A DNA stretch of 64,000 nucleotides, from the NCBI GenBank assembly GCA_951406725.2, contig OX597816.1, forward strand, positions 132,432,001-132,496,000. The letters run 5' to 3'. Positions 1 to 13,945 of the stretch are shown piece by piece. The notes beneath the pieces are model-generated. The model was not told the origin of the DNA. It did no database searches and saw only the letters and a list, made by a program, of their open reading frames with translations. Position 1 is the stretch's first letter. Each line of letters begins with the position of its first letter. The DNA comes from Octopus vulgaris (Eukaryota). A program made the translations under genes and the position numbers.

Positions 1-128
1 TGCGTCAGTTGTTGACTGCCATGACACTGCATCCTTTAAGGCCCTCATGCTTTCCGAAATCCGCCGAAACTACACCTGATTATATATACACTTTAGATTA
101 GTTGTAGTGCACCTGAGCACTGTACACA

Positions 129-183
<55 letters not shown>
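1..183 (+). mobile_element. 3' end of a non-LTR retroposon with (ATT)n tail
   Basis: A small terminal hairpin (tgtagtgcacctgagcactgtaca) is followed directly by (ATT)n. An RTE-like family is inferred. Confidence 0.4.
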
Positions 184-184
<1 letters not shown>

Positions 185-470
185 CAATGTCGCATACCGA
201 ACAAGGCCCGCTGCAAGCCGTATCGCCGACTATGACTATATTCTACATGGTTAAGACACCATTTGGTGGCGTGTCCCAACGTTTCATGCCACGGAAAAAA
301 ATTCAAATATGAATCAGAAGTAGCTCGAGCTATATAAGCAAAACCGAGTACACATATACAAGGTTTGTGTGTTGTTAGTTCGTTGGTTGGCAAATGGTGA
401 CCATTTACCCTATAGTCATAGTTGGCGATATGGCTTGCAGCGGGTCTTGCTGGGTATGCGACATTGATAA
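181..470. mobile_element. MITE-like element with ~60-bp terminal inverted repeats
   Basis: 181-240 (ttatcaatgtcgcatacc...gactata) is the near-perfect reverse complement of 411-470. Confidence 0.7.
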
Positions 471-1448
471 GTCAAAACAATTACGAAACATCAGTGTCTG
501 TCGCTCCGAGAAAGGACCTGATGTGAGTTGTCTCGATTGACTGTGACTTACTTTCAGGTGTTTTTTTTTTTTTTTACACCAGGCGCATAGAGAATATATT
601 CTCATATGCCTAAAAACCGCGATCGACCTACGAATTAAAACACACATACCTTCTGTATGTGTGTTCGATTTTGTTTATATACCTCGAGGTGCTTCTAAAT
701 AATATATATGCGCGTACGCGTGTGGATGTTGTGCGTGCGTATTGTTTAGAATCAGCGTATATTAGATTATAATTCATTTATAATGAGACTAGAAGGTTCA
801 TGACACCTGTGGAGTATCACCTTCTCCCATTACAATTATTTCTGTAGTCTTATGATCTGGAACTCGAAAGAAGAAGCTTACAAGCGGAGTGCAATTCAAT
901 AGTTGTTTATTTTAGTTCTCGTTCATGTGGCTCGCTCCCAGTGACCCTCTGTATGGCAGCGCGTGGTCCGTTATTGCTCCGCTCACATGAGGTACATTAC
1001 CTCTGGAGATAACGAGTAAAGTTAGAGCAGGATAAGAATCCACTGTGAGCTGCCAGTTCGCAGTGTTTCTCAGCATAAGCGAGAAAGTGAAGGCCTCCTC
1101 ATATAGAGGTTGCCCACGAGAGCCTCGCTGTGGTCTCGCGCATGGCAACATGGTTGTAGGCGAGATCTTGCTTTTGTCTCAGACGACGAGATCTCGCACA
1201 AAATGGCGCTGGCTTCTTGTGTCACGCTACAAATTTTATTTCTAAATAGTTTTCTGCAATCGAGCATCAAGCTCGGCTTCGTCTCTTTGTGAAAAGACAA
1301 GCAATCACTTTGGCAATTTATTTCCGATTTATTTCAGTGTTTCTCTCCTTATCGCTTCGAACTAATCCTCTTGTCAACCTATACTAAAATATTTGCTCAG
1401 GGATTTCAAAATAACAACTTGTTGATTTAACAATCCAGAACATAATCC

Positions 1449-2010
1449 GGATCTATTCATCTCGATCACAGATGTTTTAATTCAGTTTTTTTTTTAGCTA
1501 AACAGTTTGAAACTTCGAATACTGGTAGAATTTCTCACGTAGAATATGGTTTACGCTTAACGTTTTTGACAAAATTTCCTATTTTAGAAGTTATTTCGTG
1601 TTAAAGTTGTCGTATTTGGGTAATTTTAACCAATCGACGACGTGTATTCGCTTGAGGAAAGCTACTGCTATTTGCGATAGTAATCGAAGAGGAACAACTT
1701 CTGGGACATCTCTAGGATCTTTACCTTCTGACCTACAGATTTAAAAAATAATTTTTTGTAACTAAACACTTTCAAACTTCGGACACTTGTAGAATGTGCC
1801 ATATAAAACATATTTTACTCTTAGCATTTTTGAGAAAAACTTATATTTACGAATTTATTTCACGTTAAAGTTCTCGTATTTTGGTAATTTCAGCCAATCA
1901 ATGACGTGTATTCAACTGAATAAAATTAGTGCCGTTGTCAACAACTATCGGCGGTGTATTTTTCGTTTGCCACTGTTATTTATGACATCATTCGTGCGTT
2001 TGTACTGATT
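1449..2010. mobile_element. Two truncated copies of the GGATCT-terminated MITE family
   Basis: Both start GGATCT (1449 and ~1715) and share 'taaacactttcaaacttcg..actggtagaat' with the complete copy at 7861-8379. Confidence 0.6.
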
Positions 2011-2102
2011 TTAAGGTTTTAGGGTTTGGGTATGTATGTATGTATGTATGTATGTATGTATGTATGTATGTATGTATGTTTGCATGTATGCATGCATGCA
2101 TG

Positions 2103-2176
<74 letters not shown>

Positions 2177-2379
2177 CGCTCTCTCTCTCTCTCTCTAATA
2201 TATATATATATATATATATAGTCGCCAACGATAATTCCACATAGAAATAGCATATTAATATTAATTTAAATGTATATATATATATATATATATAATAGAA
2301 AAAGAAAATGGAGAAATTGACGTATAGAGACATCAGTTTATTTGAACATATTCAATTCTGTACAATATCAAATTCCTTG

Positions 2380-2486
2380 CTCCTACAGCTGTTTCCATAC
2401 CCAATTAATTCAATTTGAGGAATTAAATTAAATTAATTAAAATTTTCATATCGAATGTCGTTAATTAGGTATTTTTTCAGTGGAAG
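2380..2486 (-). ncRNA. Degenerate hammerhead motif with elongated stem II
   Basis: The minus strand reads ttcca CTGAAAA aatacctaattaa...ttaattgggtatg GAAAC agct GTA gga. Confidence 0.5.
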
Positions 2487-2869
2487 ATTTTCATAAAAAA
2501 AGGAGCTATCTATATTCAATGTGTTGGTTGACCCTTGATCGACTCAGATATGTACCGGCTTGGATGGGCAGTAGCAGCGGAAGACAGGACGATCGCTTCC
2601 ACACGGGCGGCGACTACGAGCACGATCGCATAGCTTCGATACGCAGCAGCTCTTTGCTTGCACTTGCCCTCCTCAACACTGTCCGACTTACTCCGGCTGT
2701 TTACCTGTGTCTCGTCCCACTCAGATATGTGCGTTTTAGCAACCAATGTTTTTTGTTTTTTAAAAAAAACCTTATTAATGTGTGTGTATATGCAAATTTG
2801 TTTAATACATCTGTGCGCGGGCGTGTGTAATGTGTTGAAAACAAAGCAAGAGTATCCGTTAGTTAGCTT

Positions 2870-3260
2870 AAATGATACGAATACTTTAACAGGAGCTAAA
2901 GGCATTAATCGTAGTTTAACCCACAAACAAACTGTAAAGCCAGAAATGTAGTCTATAGTATAAGATGTATAGAGGGACGATGCAGTAACAAGACAACGAC
3001 ATTCGTAGGGGAAACGGCAAGAAGCATAGGAGAGCGGGTAAATGAACATTGGAGACAACTCAAGGAAGGTAAAAGCTCATCGATTCTGTAACAACACGCC
3101 GAACAAGAACACGGGGGATCAATCAACAATATAGAAATTAAAATATTGTCCACACATAGAACAGATGCAACAATCAGACAAATTACAGAAGCTACACACA
3201 TAATAGAAAATAAACCTAGCCTGAATAGAAAACTAGAATGGAGCACTAGCACACACCACA
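2870..3260 (+). pseudogene. Penelope-like element GIY-YIG endonuclease remnant
   Basis: Manual translation from 2933 gives CKARNVVYSIRCIEGRCSNKTTTFVGETARSIGERVNEHW...IL*QHAEQEHGG...IRQITEATHIIENKPSLNRKLEW. It has the VVY/FVGET/ERxxEH/LN motifs and one in-frame stop. Confidence 0.85.
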
Positions 3261-3727
3261 ACATATGACGATAGAGGATCCCGAAAACATGATAAATACA
3301 CAGATAAATAAACAAATAGAAATAAATAACTATATATATATATATTTAAAAAAAAAATTAATTAAAATTTTTTTTTCGATTCGATTTATTATTATTATTA
3401 CTAGTATTGTTGTTATACATACATACATACATACATACATACATACATACATACATACAAGCATATGTGATGATAATAATAAGTGGATGTAAACACATGA
3501 ACAAAATAAGAATAAACAAAAACAACAACAACAAAAACAAAATACAAATTACATGAACGTATATAAACAGAAGATACAAATATTACAAGCATCCCCCCAC
3601 ATACACACACTAAATAAACATAGACGCACATAGAGATATAAGCATGCGCAAATGAAGACATACAATAGAAATACAAAATGGCTGACGGTTAGTAAGGAGA
3701 GACACAAATAAGAAAGAAGAAAACAAA

Positions 3728-3772
3728 GGACCACTGATGCGGTCACAGGAGTGTGACGAAAGAACTCTGGCC
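3728..3772 (+). ncRNA. Degenerate minimal hammerhead motif downstream of a Penelope GIY-YIG remnant
   Basis: Reads ggacca CTGATGC g gtcac aggagt gtgac GAAA g aa c TC tggcc. Stem II is a perfect 5 bp and A9 is replaced by C. Confidence 0.55.
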
Positions 3773-3951
3773 GAAATAAGATTAAGATTAATGTAAAAAA
3801 TAAATAACACTGAAGCAAAATAACACCAAATATATAGTGCGTGTGTTTTTATTGGCTAAACTGGCAAAATGACCATTCCGAAATATAACAATATATATCT
3901 ATATATATATATATATGTATGTATGTATGTGTGTGTGTGTGTGTATATATA

Positions 3952-4029
<78 letters not shown>

Positions 4030-4867
4030 GGTGTGTTTGTGTGTGTGTATGTTCAACGAATGAGTTTTAATTAAATAAGTACTGCGTTCAAAATAATCAA
4101 TAACCTTCTAAAAGCTTGAATGTGGTATACTGTATGACCGCAGAACATTCATACTCAGGAAACTTCTGCTGAGGAAGCTAGATCTTAAAACATGTCTGGA
4201 GTTATCTCCTATTTATACTAAAGAAATAAAAAAAGATTAGCTACCCATTAATATTTATTCCCCATTCTATCTTTCATTCTATGTTAGCTTTTTTCTCTTA
4301 CACACTTTAAATATGTTGACACTTATTTATGTATCTCTAATTGTACACATTTTAATTTATGGGAGTTGTTCAGTGTCAAGGTCTGTTTTTCTGCGAATGC
4401 CTATTTTATTTGTTACCTTATCTTTTGTGCGGAAGTTTTGCTGTTATTCTAGACACTAAACACAAATGTCAACACCTTTTCTTGATAAGCTTAATCATTC
4501 ATTAGACACCTTGTCATGTCAGCTTGATTTACATACCATCTTTGTTGCAATTACATTCTTCTTTATTTATATATATTTCCCAGTACTTCGCTTACTTACT
4601 CTGGTAATGAAATAATAGCTATCATGTCAACGGTAACGTTATTTGATAAGCACTGATGACATCTTTAGGGTAAATTACAGGCAAATTTGCGTCACAAGAT
4701 TTGACAAGTTGTGACGTGTCAATCATAAACTGAATTCATTTTAGAATATTAGTCGTTTAATCCAACTAACCTATCACTTTCATATATATCTTTTACGGTA
4801 GATTTTAAAAATATTTTCTCAAAATGATTTATCTAGTAAAAAAAATCAGTCCTTCTCTTGTTTAACT

Positions 4868-5186
4868 TGCGGATGTGCCAGTTTATCGACGGGTGTGCCA
4901 GTTGATCTGGTCACTCGAACATCCTGCTTGTAAAATTAATGTGCATATGGCTGAGCATTCCACAGACACGCGTACCCTTAACGTGATTCTCAGGGAGATT
5001 CAGCGTGACACAGAATGTTTGAAGGCTGGCCCTTTGAAATACAGATCCTACTCATTTTGGCCAGCTGATTGGACTGGAGCAATGTGAAATAAAGAGCCTA
5101 GTTCCAGGACCCAATGCGCCGCGAGGAATCAAACTCATGACTTTATGTTCTTGAGCTGAATACCCTAACCACGTAGCCACGCTCTT
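4868..5186 (-). mobile_element. tRNA-derived SINE (family A)
   Basis: Matches the well-preserved copy at 43961-44283 along its length. Confidence 0.75.
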
Positions 5187-6060
5187 TCATTTTTATTATT
5201 CACAATCAAAGAGAATAAAGGAGACCAGGGAATCAGTTAATAAATATAATATACATAACCATTTTTCTCTTTGGTCACAACCCGACTTTTTCATGAAGAT
5301 CCTCTCGAGCTGTGAGATATTTCAAGTGACCTAGCGGTTAGGGTGTTGGACTCACGGTCATAAATATGTGGGTTCGATTTCTGAACCGATTAAGTCATTG
5401 TATCGTTGATTAATGGCCTTCATTTCACGTTATTCTAGTCTTCTCAACTGAAATAAGTACTAGCCGAGCTGTCACATCCTCAATATTCCGCAAGGTCAAG
5501 GGTATGAGGGCCGAGATGGTATTCATGTTTTCTCACGACAACATAGGTAAATAAAAGAATTTACACGTCATCTACACTTGCAATTTTTACTTCTATTGAC
5601 GAAAAAAATAAATGCTAAGGGAAATAACTCTAATACATCATGGGGATAAGTTATGTCCCTTAGCATTCCCTCTTGTGTCAATGGATTTTGCCGTAATGTT
5701 TTGCGAGCTTTCTAATACCTATAACAAACTAGGTATGATGGAAATCAAAAATGACTCCCTGGTTCAGTTTTTGTTTCTCTCCCCCCCCTCTGTCTCCCAG
5801 TATGTATGCATGTATGTATGTATGTATGTATGTATGTATGTATGTATGTATGTATGTATGTATGTATGCATGCATGCGTGTGTATGTGTGTGTGTGGATT
5901 TTATACATCAAGCCCAAACGTGTTTATTTGTATCACTATCTATATCAGCTCACCTGGATTTTTCTTATAGCCATTCTATGGACTTAGTCCTCAAAAAAGA
6001 CTTCGGAGTGTGAGTTCATATCATCTGAACACTACTACGTATTTTCTATACAGAGCATCA

Positions 6061-6118
<58 letters not shown>

Positions 6119-6255
6119 GTATGTATATATATATTTGTAACAAATCTCTCCTTAATTTATTATCAATGAAGAATGGTAGAGTGGTTGCAGCTGATAAAAG
6201 TTGATAGAACAGTGTGAAGAAAGATTCAGATATTAGCGTCTCACTAGTGGCAACA

Positions 6256-7200
6256 AGCGGCGAGTTCACAGAATCGTTAGCGCGTCAGGCAAAATGCTTA
6301 GCGGCGTTTCGTCCGCCTTTATGTTCTGAGTTCAAATGCCACCGAGGTTGGCTTTGTCTTTGTGAAGGTGTGTGGCCCAGTGGTTAGAGCGCAGTGCTCA
6401 CAATCATGAGATAGTGAGTTCGATTCCCGAACAGAGCTGCGTGTTGTGTTCTTGAGCAAGACACTTTATTTCACGTTGCTCCAATTCACTCAACTGCTGA
6501 AATGTGTTGTGACGTCACTGGCGCTAAACTGTATCAGCCTTTGCCTCTCTCTTGGAGAACATCAGTGGTGTGTAGAGGTGAAGCTGGTATGCTTGGGTGA
6601 CTGCTGGTCTTCCATAAACAACCTTTCCCTCACTTGTGCCTCGGAGGGTAACTTTCTAGGTGCAATCTCATTGTCATTTATTTATTAGTGACGAAAGGTG
6701 AGCACTCCGTCGCTTACGACAATGAGTGTTCCCGCTGGATTCAACGGAACAGTCTGCTCGTGAAATAGATATGCGAGTGACTGAGCACTTCATAACAACC
6801 TTAACATTGTTCTTAGGAAGATCCAGCGCGACACATCTAACCTGCTAAACTATAGGTACAACTCATTGTTGGCAGCTGAGTGGACTGGAGCAACGTCAAA
6901 ATAAGCGCCTTACTCAAGGACACAAAGCGTCGCCGGGAATTGAACTTACTCTCTTACAGTCTTGAAACCATGCATCTTCACAGAGAAAAAAGACTTAGAT
7001 AATCACAAGGCCTGAAATTTTGCGGGAAGAAGATAGTCGATTATCTTGACTCCAGTACTCAACTGCTACTTATTTTATCAACCTCGAGAAGATGAAAGGC
7101 AAAGTCGACCTCGACAGCATTTGAACTCCGAACATAAAGACAGAAGAAATGCTACTAAGCATTTTTCTAGTGAGGTAACGATCCTGCCAGCTCGCCATCT
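6256..7200. mobile_element. Cluster of four SINEs (families A and B) in alternating orientation
   Basis: B(+) 6256-6362, A(+) 6364-6685 with box A/B 'tggcccagtgg...gttcgattcc', A(-) 6700-6980, B(-) 7005-7200. Confidence 0.7.
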
Positions 7201-7860
7201 TGAAAAGACCTAGATGATGACAGGAATAAATTAGAAAGGATCATACTTGAACATCAATCAAATCAGATGAATACAACAATAGGAAACAAATGTTTCAAAT
7301 CATTCCCAAAATGTTTCTATTCTCGTTCGTTTTGGCGATAAAGCTTTTCAGGAGTATGTTCAAAATATTTTCATTGACGCCCCACTCCCCACTATTAGGG
7401 AGTGCACTAGCATCCCTTGCACCCTTGTTCCGGAGCCTTTGTTCTTCGGAATTTGTTTATTAGATAGTCTTTCTAATAGAATGAAGGTTTCTACGCCTTT
7501 AGTAAACCAAACAGCCATATCAACAAATTCACATTTGATTTTTTTTTCAGATGATGCCAGTAACTCTGGAAATTTTCACTTTATTAAATACTCTTCACTT
7601 AAATTCCAGGAGGGAAATGGTGGAATGATCTTCCAAAATAATTTATTTTTCAACATAATTGTAACCAGTATCACTACAACGTACGAAGAAACTAATTCGA
7701 GGTGCTTAAAATATCCGTTCCATCCCCGCCACCATTTTTTTCTTTTAAACAATAAATTCCGATATAATTGCAATTTGCACCATCTGAATGTTATGAAGAA
7801 ACAAAGTTGAAACGTGTGAATTACCTGAAACCTCTCTCCCGCCGCCCCGAAAAAAATATT

Positions 7861-8379
7861 GGATCTTTTCCTTTTGAACGGCACATGTCAACACAATTTC
7901 TAGTTAACTAAACACTTTAAAACTTCGTATACTGGTAGAATGTATCCAAAATAAAACATTTTTTTTCTCTTGTCTTTCTTGATAAAATTGTAATTAAACG
8001 TAGTTTAATTTTTCGAATTTTTTTTTTCTTAATTGTTAAATTAATTTAATTGTTACGCGTGTAAAAAAAAAAAAACGGAAAGCGTGTGTATAAAATTATA
8101 GAATTATTTTGTTTGTTAATTGTTTAAATTATTTTCCATTGCTTTCGTTTTAGCCTTCCGTTTTTTTTTTACACGCGTAACAATTAAATTAATTTAACAA
8201 TTAAGAAAAAAAAATTCGAAAAATTAAACTACGTTAAACAAACGAATTACAATTTTATCAAGAAAGCCAAGAGAAAAAAAAATGTTTTATTTTGACACAT
8301 TCTACCAGTATACGAAGTTTTAAAGTGTTTAGTTAACTAGAAATTGTGTTGACATGTGCCGTTCAAAAGGAAAAGATCC
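7861..8379. mobile_element. Complete MITE with ~220-bp inverted arms and 8-bp TSD
   Basis: Runs GGATCTTTTCCTTTTGAACGGCA...TGCCGTTCAAAAGGAAAAGATCC and is flanked by AAAATATT on both sides (7853-7860, 8380-8387). Confidence 0.9.
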
Positions 8380-9083
8380 AAAATATTTCCTGTACAAATT
8401 CCGACGTAATCGTAATTTATGCTATCTGAAACATTTTCTTAGAAAATTTCATAAAAAATATACTTATTTCAGAAAGTTGTGTAGAAACAAAATTGCAGTG
8501 AGGGTGTTTGAGTGGGGGCGGATCACGCGTGTGTAGGTTTACCGTAAAAGAAAGAAAACGAACAAGAGGATAAAGAGAAAGCACGAACGGTTATGTGTGT
8601 GTGCGTGTGTGGAGGTGAGTGGATGGATGCGCGTGCGTATGTTCTTGTGTGTATGTGTGTGAGAGAGTGGAAGGAAAGAAAGCAAGAAAGATAGAAAAAG
8701 AAGGAAAAAAGAGAGAGATAGAAAGAAACAAACGAATGAACAAAGGGTAACGTTAGGAGAGTGTATGTTACGAACTCTTGAAAGAAAGATATGTGTGCGT
8801 GTGACTGTCTTATAGAGAGAAATTGTTGATCAAAGTAGCGAGAGAGAGAGAGAGAATGACAGGCAGACTGTTTATATGATTGGTGCGCAACAGGTAGTTG
8901 TGTATATTAAGCTGACAACATGGCCTGTTAATTATAAACCTCATGCACTGGCGTGGAAAATCAAAACAAAAATTAACATCACAATTTCGAGTCGATTGCT
9001 GAGAGTTTAATTAATATTCGAACTTATTATTATCATTATTATTTTTTTTCCCCTACTTACAAGAGTAAAAGAACCAGTGAAGA

Positions 9084-9216
9084 ATGGCACCGAGTGTCTA
9101 TGACAAAGTTATTGCAGTGATATCAAAACCACAGGAACAGAGAACTGATTTCGAATGTCACGATTTGGTGCCTTGGATTCGGAAACAAAACAAATTATTT
9201 TCCAACCTAAAGCATG
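9084..9216 (+). CDS. Coding exon 1 of a tandem cNMP-binding domain protein (CNBD2-like)
   Basis: A pyrimidine tract and AG at 9062-9063 precede ATG 9084. The exon reads MAPSVYDKVIAVISKPQEQRTDFECHDLVPWIRKQNKLFSNLKH+G, with donor GTAAAT at 9217 (phase 1) joining in frame to 28092. Confidence 0.85.
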
Positions 9217-9342
9217 GTAAATATTCCAACAATTTTCATATCTCTTATCTGACTTGCTTTCTTTAAGTTTCCTTTTCGACTTTTTTTCGTTGTTTTCCTC
9301 TTCATTTTGAATTTTTTTCATCAATAATTTCTTCTTTAGTTT

Positions 9343-9343
9343 T

Positions 9344-9399
<56 letters not shown>

Positions 9400-9425
9400 T
9401 TCTTTCTTTCTTTCTTTCTTTCTTT

Positions 9426-9512
<87 letters not shown>

Positions 9513-9546
9513 CACGTTCCTTCTTTATTATCCTTTCCTTCCTTCC

Positions 9547-9619
<73 letters not shown>

Positions 9620-9620
9620 T
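9343..9620. repeat. (CTTT)n microsatellite
   Basis: Directly visible. Confidence 0.95.
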
Positions 9621-9719
9621 CGAAAACCTACTATCTTTTTTTTTTCATCCCCCAAAAGAAAAGCTCTACCTTGTAACTTGTCCCATCTGTGTGCAGCCCT
9701 GTGTGACCAATAAAGAAAC
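9621..9719 (+). mobile_element. Short 3' end of the Tx1/L1-like LINE
   Basis: 'aaaagaaaagctct...ttgtcc..ctgt...cagccctgtgtg..aataaagaaa' matches 11310-11378. Confidence 0.75.
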
Positions 9720-10334
<615 letters not shown>

Positions 10335-11377
10335 CAGACTCTGCCCGAGTTCGTCGTCGCATCTCCCCTCCACTAATCCTCTATAGAATGCCTTTGTTGT
10401 GATGGAGTCGAACTTGTGCGACTCCATCACAACAAAGGCATTCTATAGAAGATTAGTGGAGGGGAGATGCGACGACGAACTCGGGCAGAGTCTGGGCGTC
10501 GACGAGGAACACCTGACCCGCCTGTTCAGGACAACTTTCGGGCCGGGACCTATGAACAATCACCAAAGATCCCTGGCCTGGCAGTGCTATCGAGAAGCAT
10601 TACCTGTTCGGGATAAGCTCTACAGACACGGTTCCAGACACACTGGACCGACTTGCCCGAGATGCGGTCAGAGCGACGAAACCGTTCTGCACGCACTCGT
10701 GCAATGTCCAACCATTTCCGACCTGTGGGCTTATGCCGAACGGCTGCTGTCACGTGTGGGACGAATCCGCCTATCGGCCGAGTCTATCGTGAGAATTGCT
10801 CCGCCCCCTTCCCTCAACCGGGAAGGCAAGGCAGTTTTCATCGTACTGGTGGCCATGGTGAAAGAATGTGTGTGGTGGACTCGAGCGAAAGGATTAGAGA
10901 CAAACACTTACCTCTCTGGCCAATCGCTCATCAACTTTTTCAAGTACCACTTGAAAAGGAAGGTGAGAATGGAGAGGGAAGTTTTGTCTCGCGAAAGATT
11001 AAAAAAAGATGGGTGAATGTTGCAAAGATGGTGCGTGCTAGTAACGAAACCATTTTGAGCATGATCCTGTAGATCGTAAAAAAGAAAGAAAGAGAGCATT
11101 TTTGATCTCATGTGTTTATTTCCTCCCTGACTGGGGTTCCCGTGGTCTTTTCTGTAGGCTTTTCTTCCCACGGATGAACCCAATCTTGTTATATCAATGT
11201 TTACATCATTATTTCTGTGATACACGATTTTCTTTTTTTTTTCCTTTTTTTTCCTCCTCCCGATCCCTTTTGATCGCAATCTTACATTTTTTAATTTTTT
11301 TCCACCCTCGAAAAGAAAAGCTCTGCATTTGTATTTGTCCCCTCTGTATTCAGCCCTGTGTGGCTAATAAAAGAAAG

Positions 11378-11378
<1 letters not shown>
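10335..11378 (+). mobile_element. 5'-truncated Tx1/L1-like LINE (C-terminal zinc-binding region and 3'UTR) with a 5' fold-back
   Basis: ORF 10399-11016 contains LAWQCYREALPVRDKL...CPRCGQSDETVLHALVQC (CCHC, zf-RVT-like). AATAAA lies near 11367 and (TATC)n flanks both sides. Confidence 0.85.
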
Positions 11379-11476
<98 letters not shown>

Positions 11477-11480
11477 CCTA

Positions 11481-11564
<84 letters not shown>

Positions 11565-11859
11565 CCTGCCTGCCTGCCTGCCTGTCTGTCTGCATGTCTA
11601 TCTATCTATCACATTGTACAACTCACTCTTCAAGGCTGTTGGTCAAAACTGACAGTAATCTATACGAGCTGAACAATCGATACGAGCTGCTCGAAACTGA
11701 CAGTAATCGATACGAGATGAACAAACGCACCTTCCGATCGAGAGCCCAGTTGCCTGAATCGCAAAGCCCTCCCGTCTTCTAACGACTATTTCATACCAAC
11801 GTTTAAACTCCACCCCGTAAGTACCGTTGCAAACAATGATCCTATGAGTTATGGAACTG

Positions 11860-12509
11860 AGACAACGGTAGTACTCAGCAGTTTGATTGCCAACCACACG
11901 GTTTCGGGTTCAGTCCCATTGCACACTACCTTGAACAAATGTCTTGTCCTATAACCCCAGGCCAACCAAAGCCTTGTGAGTGGATTTGGCAGACAAAAAC
12001 TGAAAAAGCCGACGCATACATACACACATATATACATACATAGATATGTACAGTCATACATGCATATATGCATACATACATACGTACATACATACACATA
12101 CATACATGTGTACAGTCATACATACATACATACATACATACATACATACATACATACATACATACATACATACATACATACATACATACATACATACATA
12201 CTACGTACGTACATACATACACACATACAAACATATGTACAGTCATACATACATACGTACTTACGTACATACATACATACACACATACAAACATATGTAG
12301 TCATACATACATACGTACGTAAGTACATACATACGTACATACGTACGTACGTACATACGTACGTACGTACATACATACGCATACATACATATCTACATAC
12401 GTATATACATACATACATGCATACAAGCATACATACGTACGTACATACATACAAATACATACACACATACATACGTACGTACGTATATACATACAGACAC
12501 ATACATACA

Positions 12510-12543
<34 letters not shown>

Positions 12544-12585
12544 CATACATACATACATACATACATACATACATACATACATACA

Positions 12586-12616
<31 letters not shown>

Positions 12617-12925
12617 TTACAAACACCGTGAGCTCTCTTAACTCAAAAAGTTCTGTCGTTTTGTTAGCGACCGGCTTGAACTCTCGCAAGAATTTGAATT
12701 AAACTCAACGAAAAACCATACATATCGTGTAAGTTTGTGTGTGTGTGTGTGTGTGTGCGCGCGCGCGCGCCTGTGCGTGTTTGTCCCAACCACTGACTGA
12801 CAACCAGTGCTGGTTTGTTTACGTCCCCCTAACTTTGCGATTCGATATAAAAGACCGATAGAATAAATACCAGGCTTTAGAAATAATAAATATTGGGTCG
12901 GTTCGTTCGACTAAAACCCTCAAAA
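11860..12925 (+). mobile_element. SINE family C with a large internal (CATA)n expansion
   Basis: The head 'ccacacggtttcgggttcagtccc...gtgagtggatttgg' (11860-12015) and the tail (12780-12920) match the copy at 26079-26425. Confidence 0.65.
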
Positions 12926-12950
12926 CGGTACCAATGATTGAAACCAGTTG

Positions 12951-13212
<262 letters not shown>

Positions 13213-13215
<3 letters not shown>

Positions 13216-13945
13216 ATGGGTACAGGTCGTCACCAACAGTAAGCAACATGAAATACGAAAACAAATGAGCTCAATATGCAAACAACGAGAGAAACAAATG
13301 GAAAACAGGACCAGTAACATAAAGAACGACTCTTCATCACTTGTCGGCTGTCTACCTACTCCTCATTTCGAGCATTGAACAACAATATGAGTCTTCGAAG
13401 ACTCATAGGTACCAAATAAAATTTGGGATTTATTTGGGGTCAAAGTTGGGCACAAAAACAAGACAGTGTAGAAACACAAGGAAACCGAACGAAAATAAAG
13501 AGGGAGGCTCATTAGACCAGAACGAGAGTGAAATAGCGAACGCTGGAGAAATATTTTCTTTGACAAGAGAAAAGATAGAAGAGAGAGATAGAATACGTCC
13601 AGTCCTTGGATAGTCCTGAAACAAAAAGATGATTACATGAGGAAAAGAAAGATGGACAATAGTCACGTGTGAGCAACGAGAGAGAGAACAGGAAAAAGAG
13701 GGGGAGTGAGAGAGACAGATAGAAAACGGTGAAGGGGAGAAAAAAGGGAATTAGAGAAAGGATGAGAGAGAAAACGATGGGGAGAAAAACAGTATAGAAT
13801 TGAATCATGTCAAAAAGATTAAGATCTCAAGCAGACAAAACACATATCTCGTCGCAAGCTGGAACAGAAGCAAACGAGGTCAGATATCTAACGAGTATAC
13901 ATGCGCAACGGGGAAAAAAGCAAACGAACAGTTTGCCCAACCCAA
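13213..13945 (-). mobile_element. Penelope-associated terminal (pLTR-like) repeat inserted in (TA)n
   Basis: Its reverse complement resembles 20465-20940, which adjoins the PLE RT. Shared blocks include the 'cctgtacccatatatgc' end, 'gacaa.tga.gaag' and 'ccaag(g)ac.(g/a)gac...tctctctc'. Confidence 0.6.

Noticed and set aside
4652-4700. Isolated CTGATGA boxes (also 39255 and 54043)
   Set aside because: No downstream GAAA with compatible stems, so these are chance or microsatellite matches.
11645-11722. Short spaced repeats (aatcgatacgagctg) resembling a CRISPR array
   Set aside because: Irregular tandem duplication in eukaryotic DNA with no unique constant-length spacers and no cas genes.
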